A DNA stretch of 64,000 bases. Origin: Spizellomyces punctatus DAOM BR117. Taxonomy: Eukaryota. A model generated the notes under the pieces. The model ran no database searches and was not told the origin of the DNA. It saw only the letters and a program-made list of their open reading frames with translations. Location of the stretch: the NCBI GenBank assembly GCA_000182565.2, contig KQ257457.1. The stretch is one strand, 5' to 3'. The translations under genes and the position numbers were made by a program. Shown piece after piece: positions 40,520 through 52,278 of the stretch (the first letter of the stretch is position 1; each line of letters begins with the position of its first letter).

Positions 40520-41275
40520 ATGTCCGTTGAACACACCACCCCCGAGTCGACGCTCTTTGGAATAGCTTTTTGCATCGGTGTTTCAACACTTGTTGCGTTG
40601 GGATCTAATCTTCTTGGACCGTACTTTGAAGAGAAGCACCGACTTATTGACCAAGCTCGGGAGTTTGAGATGACACGCCAGAGAGTTTCAGCGGAAGCCG
40701 AAAAACAAAAGGTGGCATCTGCTCTGTCTTTTATCCCAACAAAAGAGACTCATCGACCCATCATAACTTTAAAGCCTGCCGAACAAGTATCGTCTTCCTC
40801 CACCGATGACAAAACAATCACTCGCCTTCGGAACCGGGTCATGCACCTTGAACGACAGAAGGAAGCCCTAGGAGATGAAATTATACGTCTCCGTGCCGAA
40901 AGCTCGACAGCAAGAATTGAACTGGATATATACAAGGAAGAAGCCAAAGATGTGCAGGCAGGCATGCAGCGAGAGATGAGCATTCTTCGCGACATGATAC
41001 GTGATTATCGGAATGGGAAGAAGCCTGGGGTGTGCTGCACTGCTCTTGACGAAAAGATAGTGGTCTGTATATATCGCTTCATACAGCCGAGAATTAGGAG
41101 CTGACATTTGACTTTGTCTCTAACCGGTCCACAGAATGGTCCACCTATTAGCGCCGAAGCACCTGGTGCATTCGATAGGCTTGCCACGAAGCTGGACAAC
41201 TTGGACAGGACAAAGCTGGTCCACTCTTTTGGCCAGACGGTTCAGGTCAATAAGGTTCCGGATGTTGCTGCTTAA
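40520..41275 (+). CDS. N-terminal TM anchor plus coiled-coil protein, unknown function
   Basis: Hydrophobic segment LFGIAFCIGVSTLVALGS, heptad region, putative intron ending at 41134 and last exon to TAA at 41273-41275. Confidence 0.6.
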
Positions 41276-41628
41276 CGCAGTTATACACAGTAGGCTTGGG
41301 TCAACATAGCCGGGAGAGAATAGGCTCGTGCGGATTTGCCAATGCTCGACAGTGACGAAAATCAATATGAGTCTATTGATGCCCTTGATGGCGAGGCCAT
41401 TATGTTTCGTCTCTATAGGTTTTGCTTAAGGTGACTTGAACAGACTTGAGTATGCATTTGGACAAATGTCCAGGTGAAAAAAAAGCACAAGAAACACTAT
41501 TGGTATTATATGAGAATTATCGCTACAGTTTAACTATCTGGGAATGAGTGAACAAGAGCACGTCATCTTTATCATGCCTTCTTGAATGTCACAGCTAGAG
41601 CTGCTATGTAACATACTAGTAAACCAAA

Positions 41629-42371
41629 TCACGCTGCGATCTCCTCCTGCAGAGAGTCCTGGCCGTTGGAATCCTCGTACAACTCCTCCTGGCTATGTGA
41701 AAGCTTGTCATTCACCGACCTGGGCACAGTCGAGCCATCTCCCTTCTTCACATGGCCAATATTCTCAACCTGTTTCTTGGGAGCGTTTAACGCATGCTGG
41801 GTCTGCAGTGTATTGAGTCCATAGCTGTACTGCTCGCCGGTTCCAACTTGAACTTTGTGTAGATTTTCTGCTTGTTTCTTTGGAGCGCTTAGAGCGTGCT
41901 GTGTTTGCACAGTATCGAGCCCGTATGTGGGACTTTCTCCCGTGCCGACCTGGATTTTGTGCAAACCTGGAAAAGACGTTAGGTTGAATGCTAAATTCTT
42001 TGAAAAGCATCTTCTTAACTGACCTTCTGTGGTCTTTTTCGGGGCACTCAGCGCATGTTGAGTTTGCACCGTGTCTAGACCGTAGGTAGCATTCGGCTTC
42101 GGTGCGTGCTTACCGCACCAAACGTTATCGTTGACGACTTGGAACGTTTTCAGAGTCAACTGAATATTACAATGTGGGTCGTTGCATTTGAAGCATCCCT
42201 GCATGGACATATAAAAGAACCATTGAGTCTGACTGACGGTGGCCACAATGGCCATGTTACTTCATTACCGATTGTAAACCACTCTACCTTATGATACCAC
42301 TTTTGTGCCGCTTCAACCTTTTCGGTCGCATACACCGTTTTATCACACTTGCCGCAAACTTGAGAAGACAT
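41629..42371 (-). CDS. Single-LIM-domain protein with three C-terminal repeats
   Basis: CGKCDKTVYATEK..WYHK|GCFKCNDPHC..VWCGKH LIM domain, then three copies of YGL(D/N)T(V/L)QTQHAL(S/N)APKK; two introns. Confidence 0.88.
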
Positions 42372-43001
42372 GGTTGAAGACGGTGAGGTATGTAAGAAAA
42401 TAGGCTGAATCGTTTGCAAGACGAAGTGTGGAGAAAGGTCCTGCCTTTTATGGCGGACCTATCGCTTATTCTATAGATGTTCCAGAAGAGACGCAGTGAA
42501 TCTACGCTGATGTGAGGATCGATGGAGTCCCGATTTAGCACACCTCACAGCTACGCTGTTACTATTTTCGATGCATTGGAATGACGTTTTCCTTTTGACA
42601 AGTGCACTGACGATATATCCTTAATTTCATTTCGCCTTTTGTGATAACTAGCATGGGATTGCTTCACTGGCCAAGTGGGTACGTTACGAAATCACCTCTT
42701 GCCGTGGATCATCTCTGAAGGAGCACAAAAGGACGACAGAATCCCGAGATGGACGATGTCAGCAGCAGCAGACCAGGGCAGCATTGAATATTTCGCAAAA
42801 TCTTTAATAATCCTCTATAGAAAACTTTAAAAGTGATTTACAAACATGGCCGCTAGCTTGGCGGCTACATCCCAGCATCTGGCGCCGGTGCTGAAATATA
42901 CAGAGCCCCAAGTGGCAGCGCAGATGCAAGGGGACTAGCAACATAAATTCTAAATATTCTACATACATCCAAAACCAATTTCCATAGACAGGATTCTATC
43001 G

Positions 43002-44877
43002 TCATACCGCCCGCACAGTTCCTCCCAAGACATTTAATCCATCCACTGCCTGCTTCACAAGTTGTGCCTTTCTCCAGTTTTGCAGTTGACGAGTCGCTAG
43101 GAAAATCGCCAAGGCTGTACATCCTACGGCCCAGGCAAGTAGGATCAAGTAGCTTCGTGTAAGGTAATGTGTTCTCGTCCCAAGCAGGTATGCTCGCATG
43201 CCTATCAGGCCCCAGTAGAATGGAAATCCTTCGCCTATTTTGACAGCACCAGCCATTGCAACGTGGTCTACGATGGCACCCGAAGTGGTAAGCTGGAAAA
43301 TGAGTAGTAGTGATGCTGGGATCTGCAATGGCGAAAACATATGAGATAACTGGTCAAGGCAAAATCGCGGAATATTGCACAATACGTACCGCAAATCCAT
43401 CAACACCAAAAACGACGCAGAGAAGCCACATAAATCCCAGACAGGCATAAGAAAAGAACCACAAGAATCCAAACACCTGGCCAGGATTTCCATAGGTAAA
43501 GGCTTCGTCTCCGCCAAGGATGTAAAATATACCCCATCCCAAGAAGGTATGAAAGAGTGTGAAACAGCCGCTAAGTGCGAGCGAAGCTAGTGCGATTTGT
43601 ATTGGGGGGAAGTTGGCGCGAGGCAGACCGTGGGCGTTTTTCACTCCAGTAAGGTGGGGGAGTCGAGCAAGCAGTAGCTTGTTCACTACTGTAACCGACA
43701 TCATGCTGCTCAGCCACATGAGGAGAGGAAGGATGTATGTTGCTAGATTGATACCGAATTTGGCGACGGCATGTCGGCGGCCGGGTGCGACAACGATGGG
43801 AGTGATGAGGAAGGCAGGATCGAGGAGAGTCGGATTGGATGCGGTAGCGTTGACCATGGCTTGTGCTAGGCTGGTGGATAGCCCTGAGAGCGAGCCGGAC
43901 ACAGCCTGGTTTGCAAAGTTGGCAATAGTGAATTGACGACCTTGATCCCATATGTATTCTGAACAAGGGATGCATGAGACATGGCACCTGAATAGAAACG
44001 GGGTTGTAACTGATGCTTACCCACTGATAGGGTCTGAGGCTTGACCTCAGCAGTTCGGTTCAGACGAAGGTTGGTCAGGAAATTGTCACTAAAATTGCTT
44101 GGGATATAAACAATTCCCCAATAGTCGCCGCGGTCCACCTGATATTGACCAGTTAGTGCGAAAACCTCGAAAGAGTGCCCTTTCACAATCAACCTACCAT
44201 ATCAATAGCATCCTGATATGTCAACCCCGTACTACTAATGTTTGTCCATTTAAGTCGACCGTTTACTGCGGGTGTCTCGAATATGTATTGCTCAAGAAGT
44301 GTCCCCATAGGAGTATTGTTTCTCGTCAATCCTGCGACGATATTTTGCGATTCTGGGCTGAGGGATGGGAGGGTGGAGTATCCAATGTCGTTATTGAAGA
44401 CTCCTACAGGTACCCGGTTAAGCTTCCCTTGAGGATCCCAGGAAGAACCGAGGTACATCAAGCCGTACAGGGTAACAACGATGCCTAAAACCCAAATGTT
44501 TAGGGTTTGCAAAAGTAATGGGACTTGTCATGTTAGGCATTACCTGTCACGATCCATAGAACTGTGACCGTCCTGTTCCATACATGAGGAAAAATGGAAT
44601 TGCGATAGAACCCACTCCCTCGTTCTATCACACTACGCACGCTTCGCATGCTGGTGACGCTTCGGATGCTACGATTTAAACTGGGTTGACTGAAGGAGTG
44701 GGCACGGGAGCAGTGGGTATGATGATGAGGTTCCGTGTCGTCAGGGCACTTTTCAGAGGGATCCAACCGTGGTGATGGTGGCCGTTCTTCACTGTGCATG
44801 TCAACGACAGTCGATGTGTCCGACAAGCGTAGTGGCCCTTGGCGAGCTGCCGGCGGCGGTGGTTGTATTGGGTTCAT
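43002..44877 (-). CDS. DUF3533/SNG1 (YhgE-like) multipass membrane protein
   Basis: LYGLMYLGSSWDP..LNRVPVGVFNNDIG, VDRGDYWGIVYIPSNFS, YIWDQGRQFT, several TM helices; multi-exon. Confidence 0.75.
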
Positions 44878-45671
44878 GCCAAGCTTCAACTGGACGAATT
44901 TTCAAAAGGGCAAGTTGATCGTAAAAAGACGCAGGGAACTGATCGCTTCTGCAGGTTCTTTTATTAAAAAAATAGTGGAAAAGGTTGCCTGGCGGCGGTT
45001 AAACGTGCAAAAGTATTCTTCTTTTCTTTTTTTGCGACGGCGGGCGCTTTAACTCGCCAGTCGACGGGACCGACTCGCTTTGAAATTACTTTTTGACAAA
45101 AGCTTTCTCCTTCCCCGGCTGAAATGTTTTTGCTGAAAGTTTGGGCGAGTAGGAATACGCGTAGAAGGTTTCGGAATGGTGACAAAACATGTCGATGAGC
45201 GTCGACCTTTTGGCTGTGCTGAGACGATTTTTTTACGGGAGCCAGGCAGTTTTGCCGCTTGGAGCTCTCGGGCCTTTTTCAAACGTGGCCGTTTCCGCTG
45301 GCGGGGTTACCCTTTGGTAGAATTCGCTCATGTCAATGGGGGCAATTTTGCCTGCAAAATGGAAGGAATGCAAAAGTAGTCAAAAGGGCCGAACTGAAAG
45401 TGTGATTGGTCTAAAGGACTTCTGTTCGAGAATCGACAAACGACAATTTAGAAACACCGCTCAACGTGCGCAAAAATCGCTAGTCACAACTAGAGTCCCC
45501 AGGTCTAAATTTGAAAAAAGTACACTGTCCTACGACTACTACGTCTATCCTTTCCTCAGTCACCCAGATCTCGTTACAATGCGTAGGGTATATAAAGCTG
45601 TAATTTCGAATACAATTCCGGTTCTCGCCCGCGAGATAGCGTAAACTACATATCTATGGAGAATGAAACAT

Positions 45672-46154
45672 TTACCCTTTGACGGGAGTGCTGGCTGCCC
45701 CAGCGTTCAAACTGGTAATGCTCCCAGAACAACGGCTAGGCGCTTCACTCTTATCAAATGTGTATACAACGCTTTCTCCAAATGATACCCGCCGTGATGA
45801 TGACGTTGAACAGGATCCGGGGGACGACAAAGACAATAAGCTCGACTCGCTGCTGCGTACCGGGGATGCCGACGAAAGCGACGTGGCACGGGACCGTGAT
45901 AAAGGGGTTCGCGGTGTCGTTGACGGAGATGCAGGTTCTGAGAAGACTTGTCGGATCACATGAGATGTCTTGCGTACATGGAGCTGAAGGTGCGGCAGAC
46001 CATCGACACTTGATATACTTGTTGTGGATCGTCTGCGGGAGCTGTACTTTGTGGACATTCGTGAAACTGTCGAGGTTCCCTCCGAAGCACCATAGCGCGC
46101 TACTCGAAGTGCTGCGGCGAGCCTCTTGAGTGGATCATTGTCTTGTTGAGACAT
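45672..46154 (-). CDS. Small Ser-rich protein with an RVxF PP1-docking-like motif
   Basis: 160-aa ORF with RRVSFGESVVYTFDK; TATA-like sequence ~25-30 nt upstream on the minus strand. Confidence 0.6.
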   Translation of the reverse strand: MSQQDNDPLKRLAAALRVARYGASEGTSTVSRMSTKYSSRRRSTTSISSVDGLPHLQLHVRKTSHVIRQVFSEPASPSTTPRTPLSRSRATSLSSASPVRSSESSLLSLSSPGSCSTSSSRRVSFGESVVYTFDKSEAPSRCSGSITSLNAGAASTPVKG

Positions 46155-47310
46155 GCGTACCGAGTGTGCAAAAGGAGTATTATAAAAAAAATAACACTAC
46201 TAATGGGGAGGAATGTCACACGTCACGCTTTATAGGGGAGGTGACAAAAGGACGACATCGCTTGGCGCATCGATATGGCACAAGTCTTGGCCACTCTTGT
46301 TTGGCGTCGATTACCGAAACCAGAAAGAGGATGTTTGTCGTCGTGCTCGTTCAGAGCGATGTCTTAATTGCCTAGCTTGGTCTTCGTTCGAACAACCCCT
46401 CCCACGGGGCCTTCTGGACCGATTGGGGATTACCGGCCACAAGGTCAGTGATCCTTGAAGAGGGCGTTAAAATGGGATGAAGGACGCGCTTGCCGCCTCC
46501 AAACGCAAACAAGAATCAATGGTCTCGCCTCAAATATTGTGTGTGCACTCAGTGGATTCCGCCACTTTGTTGGCGAGCCCAGGTAGGCTGTGGTAGGTTT
46601 GTCTTTCTTATTTTTCATATGCTCCAGAACAGCCCAATTGTGTCAAGCTCGTTCGGGATCGGCCCGTCCTACTGAATTGCATCCCTACTGCATTCGTCAT
46701 CGTGCATGCAATTTGATAACTTGCCCGTGTAGTGCCTTCAGGCATGTGCAAGGCACTGAACTACACCCATCAGCCACTGCATCTGGACCTATCCGAAAGT
46801 GTGTAACATGCACCTGGCATTACAATTAGATGATATATTTTATTGATAAGCCAGTCTTGAAAGCGAAAGCCCATTGAACTCTTTCAGCCTTTTGGGGGAT
46901 GAACAAATGGAGAAGACAATGGGGTGAGGGAAAGAAACCATGCGACGCTCAGGTAACTCAGTAAGTCAGCTAAAATACCCACCCATCCGCCACTGTAGTC
47001 GGGATGACGTTCTGGACCAATCTGCCACTATTTTACTTTAAAACTCCCCATAGTATATTGGCAAATTGACAACATACCTTGTCGCAGCGGTGTCGTCAAG
47101 TCCGTAGGCTTTTGAATATTTTGTGAGCAACACAGAAAGAGCATCTATTGGTTACGCAAGAGGATTTGAGTACTGCCGTGCATGATACTGGCACAAGATG
47201 CTTCTTGTATGTATATACCAAGATCAGGTAAAAAAGGTCCAGGGGCAATTTGCTTGGACGACCACAACGCCTACCAAGAATAAAGTACTTGAGTTCAAAT
47301 ACTCCAAAGC

Positions 47311-48073
47311 CTATGCTTCGTTCTTTGAGCAACCAACGTGTTGTTCAGCATTCTCATCTTCTGGTCCCGGCTCATGATGCCAAAGAGGCTGTATAACCAA
47401 GTCTGTCTTCAGCAACTTTACCAGTTTTTGACGAGTTATGCCAGGTGCCGTTGAGAAGAAAACTGTCGGTGGAACGTCTGGAAAACGGGCTTGAGTTCGT
47501 AGTTGTTCTTCGATGAGCGGCATGTGCATTGACGACGATAAAAGAATGACCACGCTAAACTGTGCCAGAAACTGATTCCCTCATTCAGTAATCTCATACT
47601 GCAGACATTTATGGAAATAACAAGAGTACCTCTTGGTTGTCCCAGTCCCAGAGTATATCAAGACTTTTATGCCGCTCTGCCAAAGAGCTCCTAATGATAT
47701 CCGACCGTCGCCCGAGAATCGTGATATCTTTTTTTGTTAAAATCTTTGTTTGATCCAAAACGGCATCCAGCAGCACACGACACATCATCTCGCCGGTTGC
47801 GGGCAGCACATCTGCAATAAATAGACCCACGCGGAAAGGTCTTGTGCTGTCTACGGATGGGATGTTCTCATGCATCTGCTTCAGGGCACGCAGGGTGTAG
47901 GTTGCTTGATTGCGAATACATTCCACTTGGCGATGGTATGAGATGCGCCATTGTGATCCCTCGGCTCGATTGGCTTCTGAAGGGAGACTCTTGCTAAAAG
48001 AAAAAGAAAGATTACGACAAAAGTCTTCCAGCGGGGGAAACGGCTGTGAAGGATCTGCGCTGGTTGCTGCCAT
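47311..48073 (-). CDS. NOXRED1/pyrroline-5-carboxylate-reductase-like Rossmann-fold protein (ends uncertain)
   Basis: RVGLFIA..TGEMMCRVLL..ITILGRR..VVILLSSSMH..VFFSTAPGITRQKLVKLL pattern across an intron. Confidence 0.5.
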
Positions 48074-48427
48074 GGCTGTTGGTATCTCGTTCGTAATCTC
48101 GTTTCGAATTTCTCGTAATCCACCATCCAAACCTCACTGACGGTTCACAGTCGATGGGTTTGACCAACCTCAGCAGCCGGCGGACGCTCGTAAGCAGTTC
48201 CGCTCAGCCGTCAGCGGTTGTTTCTATTCATAACCACAGCTTAATGCGTCCGTTCTATATTTAGATACCATCCCCTTTCTGCTCAGATTACCCACCATGT
48301 GCTTTTCATCCGTTCTCCAGATGATGCATAGGAAACCAGATCTACATATATAGACAGAACTTGCAAAACATCCTGTCCGTTTGAACAACTAGACTGCCAA
48401 CAAGTTAAGTACAGCCACCTGTCAAAG

Positions 48428-49264
48428 ATGCGGAATCAGACATCGCTCGTGTTCCTTGTCTTTGCCCTTCTCGCCCTCTTCGTTCTCCCAACAACATGCC
48501 AGAATGCCACCGACCCCACAACGACACCCGCCTTACCACCTGTCGTCGCCCCTAGCACAACTGCTGCTCCTGTCTCTCCAAGCCCGACAACACCAATTCT
48601 ACCTCCCGTTGTCACAACCCCAACCCTACCCCCCGTCGTCACAACCCCAATCATTCCACCAGTGAATTCAGCAGTAACTCCCGTACCAACGACGCCCACC
48701 ATAGCCAGCCCAACTCCCACCATAGTTACAACACCCCCAGCTACCACTCCCACCGTAGTTACAACGACCACGAAGCGCACAACGCCCGCATCCGCCACCC
48801 CAATCCCAACATCAACAGGAATCGGCCAGGAGCAAAATCAAGATCCCTTAACAACCCCATACACCAGCCTGCCGAAGCCCATCACAATAGCCCTCTCCAT
48901 CACCGGAGCCGCCATCGCCGTGGCCATGCTCGGAATCTGTTTATTCAGAAAATACGGTCTCCCCAGTCGAAAACTTCACCGAAACCGCTTCACAAGCTCA
49001 TCAGAAGAAGGTCTGAATCAAGCTCACCTAACACACCGCCCCTCAGAACACATAGACTACACTTATCAGCACCACAAGCAGCAAAACTGGCCTGGCATGA
49101 TCGAACATCCTACGTTCGGCCGGACCAGGTTGACGGACGCTCTGTCGGCCCCCGTCGAAAACAAACCGTTGCCCCCTGCTCCTGCTCATCATGATTCGGC
49201 TGCTCATCATCCCCAAACTTCTCAGCAACAGCAAAGACCATATAGTGGGTATTACTATCAATAG
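48428..49264 (+). CDS. Mucin-like type I membrane protein (Mid2-like architecture)
   Basis: Signal peptide, Pro/Thr-rich ectodomain with PPVVTTP repeats, TM helix (IALSITGAAIAVAMLGICLF) followed by basic residues, cytoplasmic tail. Confidence 0.85.
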   Translation: MRNQTSLVFLVFALLALFVLPTTCQNATDPTTTPALPPVVAPSTTAAPVSPSPTTPILPPVVTTPTLPPVVTTPIIPPVNSAVTPVPTTPTIASPTPTIVTTPPATTPTVVTTTTKRTTPASATPIPTSTGIGQEQNQDPLTTPYTSLPKPITIALSITGAAIAVAMLGICLFRKYGLPSRKLHRNRFTSSSEEGLNQAHLTHRPSEHIDYTYQHHKQQNWPGMIEHPTFGRTRLTDALSAPVENKPLPPAPAHHDSAAHHPQTSQQQQRPYSGYYYQ

Positions 49265-49388
49265 ACACCTTGACACTTTTGTGTAGAAAATGTAGTTTAA
49301 ATTAGTTTGTACATGACATATATACACGGCTTTTTAAAAGCATTGAGAACCTAGAGTAAATAAAGCTGTTTCGGATATTCAAGCACCC

Positions 49389-49852
49389 TGCTCTTTCATA
49401 GCTCTTCATTCTGATTTACTCTGCTCACAAGGATTGATTCACGCCACTGATCTCCCTTCTCATGCTCACTGCCGTTTTACCATGTCCAAGTTGTCGTAAA
49501 CTATTAGTCCAGCCAGTAAAAACTGACTGAAGATCGAAACCGGCAAGTCCTCGTCCATTACTATGAAACAAGAGATGTTGGGCCAACAGCCCGACCACCG
49601 CGGCAGAACGCAAAAGCTCTGCTCATTCATAGCTCTTCACTCTGAATTAGTCTGCTCACAAGGATTGATTCATGCCACTGATCACCGGTCTCTTGCTAAC
49701 TGGCATGTCCAAGTTGTCGTAAACTATTAGTCCATGCACGACCAGGAAAAACTGAAGATCGAAACCGGCAAGTCCTCCTCCATTACTACGAAACAAGAGA
49801 TGTTGGGCCAACAGCCCGACCAGGAACCATCTTGCCGCGGCAGAACACAAAA
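49389..49852. repeat. Diverged tandem duplication, ~231-bp unit, two copies
   Basis: Blocks such as CTGCTCACAAGGATTGATTCA, CATGTCCAAGTTGTCGTAAACTATTAGTCCA and GAAACAAGAGATGTTGGGCCAACAGCCCGACCA occur in both copies (starting ~49389 and ~49620), with indels. Confidence 0.92.
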
Positions 49853-50093
49853 TTTTTGTCAATCAACGTTTAAATTACAGATTTATTTCCGTCCACGTCA
49901 CATCTTGCAAATATCTAGATGATACATGCACAGAATCTAAAGTATCAGTCCCACCTTCGGGTCGACGAAGCAGCGTATTGTGTACAGAAAAAAAGCAAAA
50001 AAAGAAACGAAAAACGGATTTGGTGGCAAGAACCACCTGAATAAATACACTCCACTCTAACTCATAGAAGAAGGAACACCACTACGGAAACCA

Positions 50094-51758
50094 TCACAAC
50101 TGTCCTCGTAGGTGAATGATATAAGCTGTGGCATCATCGTACCGTACTTGTCCGGGGAAATATAGATCCGGATGGATACAAACCCCGTCAGACCCCAGTG
50201 CTGCAAGACCTTCAGGACGTTCACGTTCGACGAGGATGCGCGACGCGAGATGAAGACGGCGATGCGGCGGGAGAGGGGAGGGAGAGGGAGGCGCCATTGT
50301 TTGTGGTGGGTCATCGCACTCTTCTTCGAACGGACTGTCACCTGCGAGTGTCGAAGGCGAATCGGGATCGCTGTTGTTGACTATGCCATCCGCAAGCATC
50401 CCACTGGTCGTTTTCGACTCTCTTTGAATCGAAAGCTGATCCCACTTGCCATCTAACCAACCTCCGACACAATCTACAATGATTTCATTCTGCTTCTCAG
50501 TGTTCTGGATCTTCATATGATCCCAAACACCGTCGGTTGCCGCTACGACGACATAGTTCCGGTGTTTTTCTAGCTTTATAAACTCTACGTCGGGGATACA
50601 GCTAAGAACGGCTGGCTCGACCTTGAAGAGCAAGTCGCCCATCGTTGCCGAGAGATTCAATGTCCTTCGATGTGAGACACCCACAGCACGGATTTGCGGA
50701 GTTGGCGGTCGGTAAATACGCATCCCAACTAGTTCAGTGTAAGGACGGGAAGGGGGGCATGGTGTTGATTGCACAGACTTGGTGCGGAGGGTTCCGTATG
50801 GGTAGACAAATTGACCTCCGGTTGAGTTAATATGGTGAATCTTGACGGGATGCGTCATGTTGTGATCGCTCGACGAGAACACAGGCGTCCAAGGCGGTAG
50901 CCCAAATGCCAAGGACGCAGCCTCAGCCTCAGCCTCCTCCTCTGCAGACCGTCGTGCACCCACCACTGTCCTCGAGTCTCCAACATTTATATTACAAATC
51001 CATCCATTGAGGATTACGTTCACAAGAAGGGTGCAGCCATCGTCTACCGGGCGGGCTTTTCCGTCACTTCCCGCATCCATCCACCTTCGATATTCTTCAA
51101 CTTTTCGCGAGGCATACGAGGCATCCAGAATTTGGAACGCAGTGTGAATCTCAGTACGAAAGGCAACTCTGTCTTCTTCCTTGTCAAATTCCCAAGAACG
51201 AGACTCAAGAAGAGACCGTACGACTCTGGTAGCTCCTCCAACGAAAAACCGAGGGGCTTCCACGCCGCCATGGCCGTCAGCCAAAACAAAGACGTGTGCT
51301 CCTGATGTGGTTGTCGGTTTTGCTTTCGTGCCAGTCACTTGGTCCTCTTGGGTCGGCCAATGGACATCCTCAAGTTCAAGATGAATTGGTGTTCTCCCAC
51401 GCCCGTCAAACGGAAAACTTTCCCCAAACGTCTTTCTATAACCCTTTTCCGCTGCGACAGTCCACGATACTGAATGTGATGGTGACCCTTGGACAAGTAT
51501 CTCAGCCTCAGCAGCAGGGGCAACATCCTCAACCAAAGGCTCCTCCTCGTCAATTTCCCATCCCTCCAGCTTGAGTTTCTTTTTTTGTGGGCTTCCACAC
51601 TCTGCCTTCACGTTGGTTTCATCCTTTCCGGATAGGGTGCCAGAAGAGGAAAGGCCGGGAATAGGGACGGGGATAGGACATGGTGCAGTGGGAGGAGATG
51701 CGGAACCAGCAGGCAAGGTCTCCAGCGAGATGGGCGCCGTAGGTCCCATGACGGACAT
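50094..51758 (-). CDS. PP2C/PPM-family protein phosphatase, intronless
   Basis: LEDVH, VLADGHGG, DDGCTL, NVGDSR, LNLSATMGD, AATDGVWD, YDDATA. Confidence 0.9.
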   Translation of the reverse strand: MSVMGPTAPISLETLPAGSASPPTAPCPIPVPIPGLSSSGTLSGKDETNVKAECGSPQKKKLKLEGWEIDEEEPLVEDVAPAAEAEILVQGSPSHSVSWTVAAEKGYRKTFGESFPFDGRGRTPIHLELEDVHWPTQEDQVTGTKAKPTTTSGAHVFVLADGHGGVEAPRFFVGGATRVVRSLLESRSWEFDKEEDRVAFRTEIHTAFQILDASYASRKVEEYRRWMDAGSDGKARPVDDGCTLLVNVILNGWICNINVGDSRTVVGARRSAEEEAEAEAASLAFGLPPWTPVFSSSDHNMTHPVKIHHINSTGGQFVYPYGTLRTKSVQSTPCPPSRPYTELVGMRIYRPPTPQIRAVGVSHRRTLNLSATMGDLLFKVEPAVLSCIPDVEFIKLEKHRNYVVVAATDGVWDHMKIQNTEKQNEIIVDCVGGWLDGKWDQLSIQRESKTTSGMLADGIVNNSDPDSPSTLAGDSPFEEECDDPPQTMAPPSPSPLPPHRRLHLASRILVERERPEGLAALGSDGVCIHPDLYFPGQVRYDDATAYIIHLRGQL

Positions 51759-52278
51759 TATGGAGCCTTACGAAATTGTTCAGAGAATAAGATACAAGGT
51801 ACGTGTTGCTTCCTTTTGACTGCGAACGATACGTGAACAGACGCTCCAACGAAGGGTTGCGTGTTGGTTTTGTTTGAACAGAAAACCCTCCGCCGCACGT
51901 AAATGCGCCCTTGCTCTCCGCCTTACTTCTTTTCCCACTTTCGTCTGTTTTCCTTCTCAGTCTTCCGCCGTGTCGGTTGCTTGCCCAACAGTGTTTGTCG
52001 GGCGTCGTCCGTCGTTTTTGTTTCGGCCGTGGAGGGAGCGTTGCGGGCGGCCGCGCGAGGGAGACGTTTCAAAAAAAAAAAAAAGTGTTCAAAAACCTTC
52101 TAAAAATAAAAACGAGGCCTTTGGGACACCAAAGCGTGTTTCCATGACTGTGCCATCAACATTGTTCCGCTCAAAGCAAATTGCGACTTTTGGGATTTTA
52201 ATAGTACTTTGAGCATGAGATACCTATCTACATTAAAAATTACAAATAAACAACATTATAATAGGTGGTAACGATAAT

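Noticed and set aside
49528-49550. CTGAAGA-TC-GAAAC...GTC in both copies of the tandem repeat resembles a hammerhead ribozyme core
   Set aside because: Only 2 nt for stem II and no stem I pairing between the flanks.
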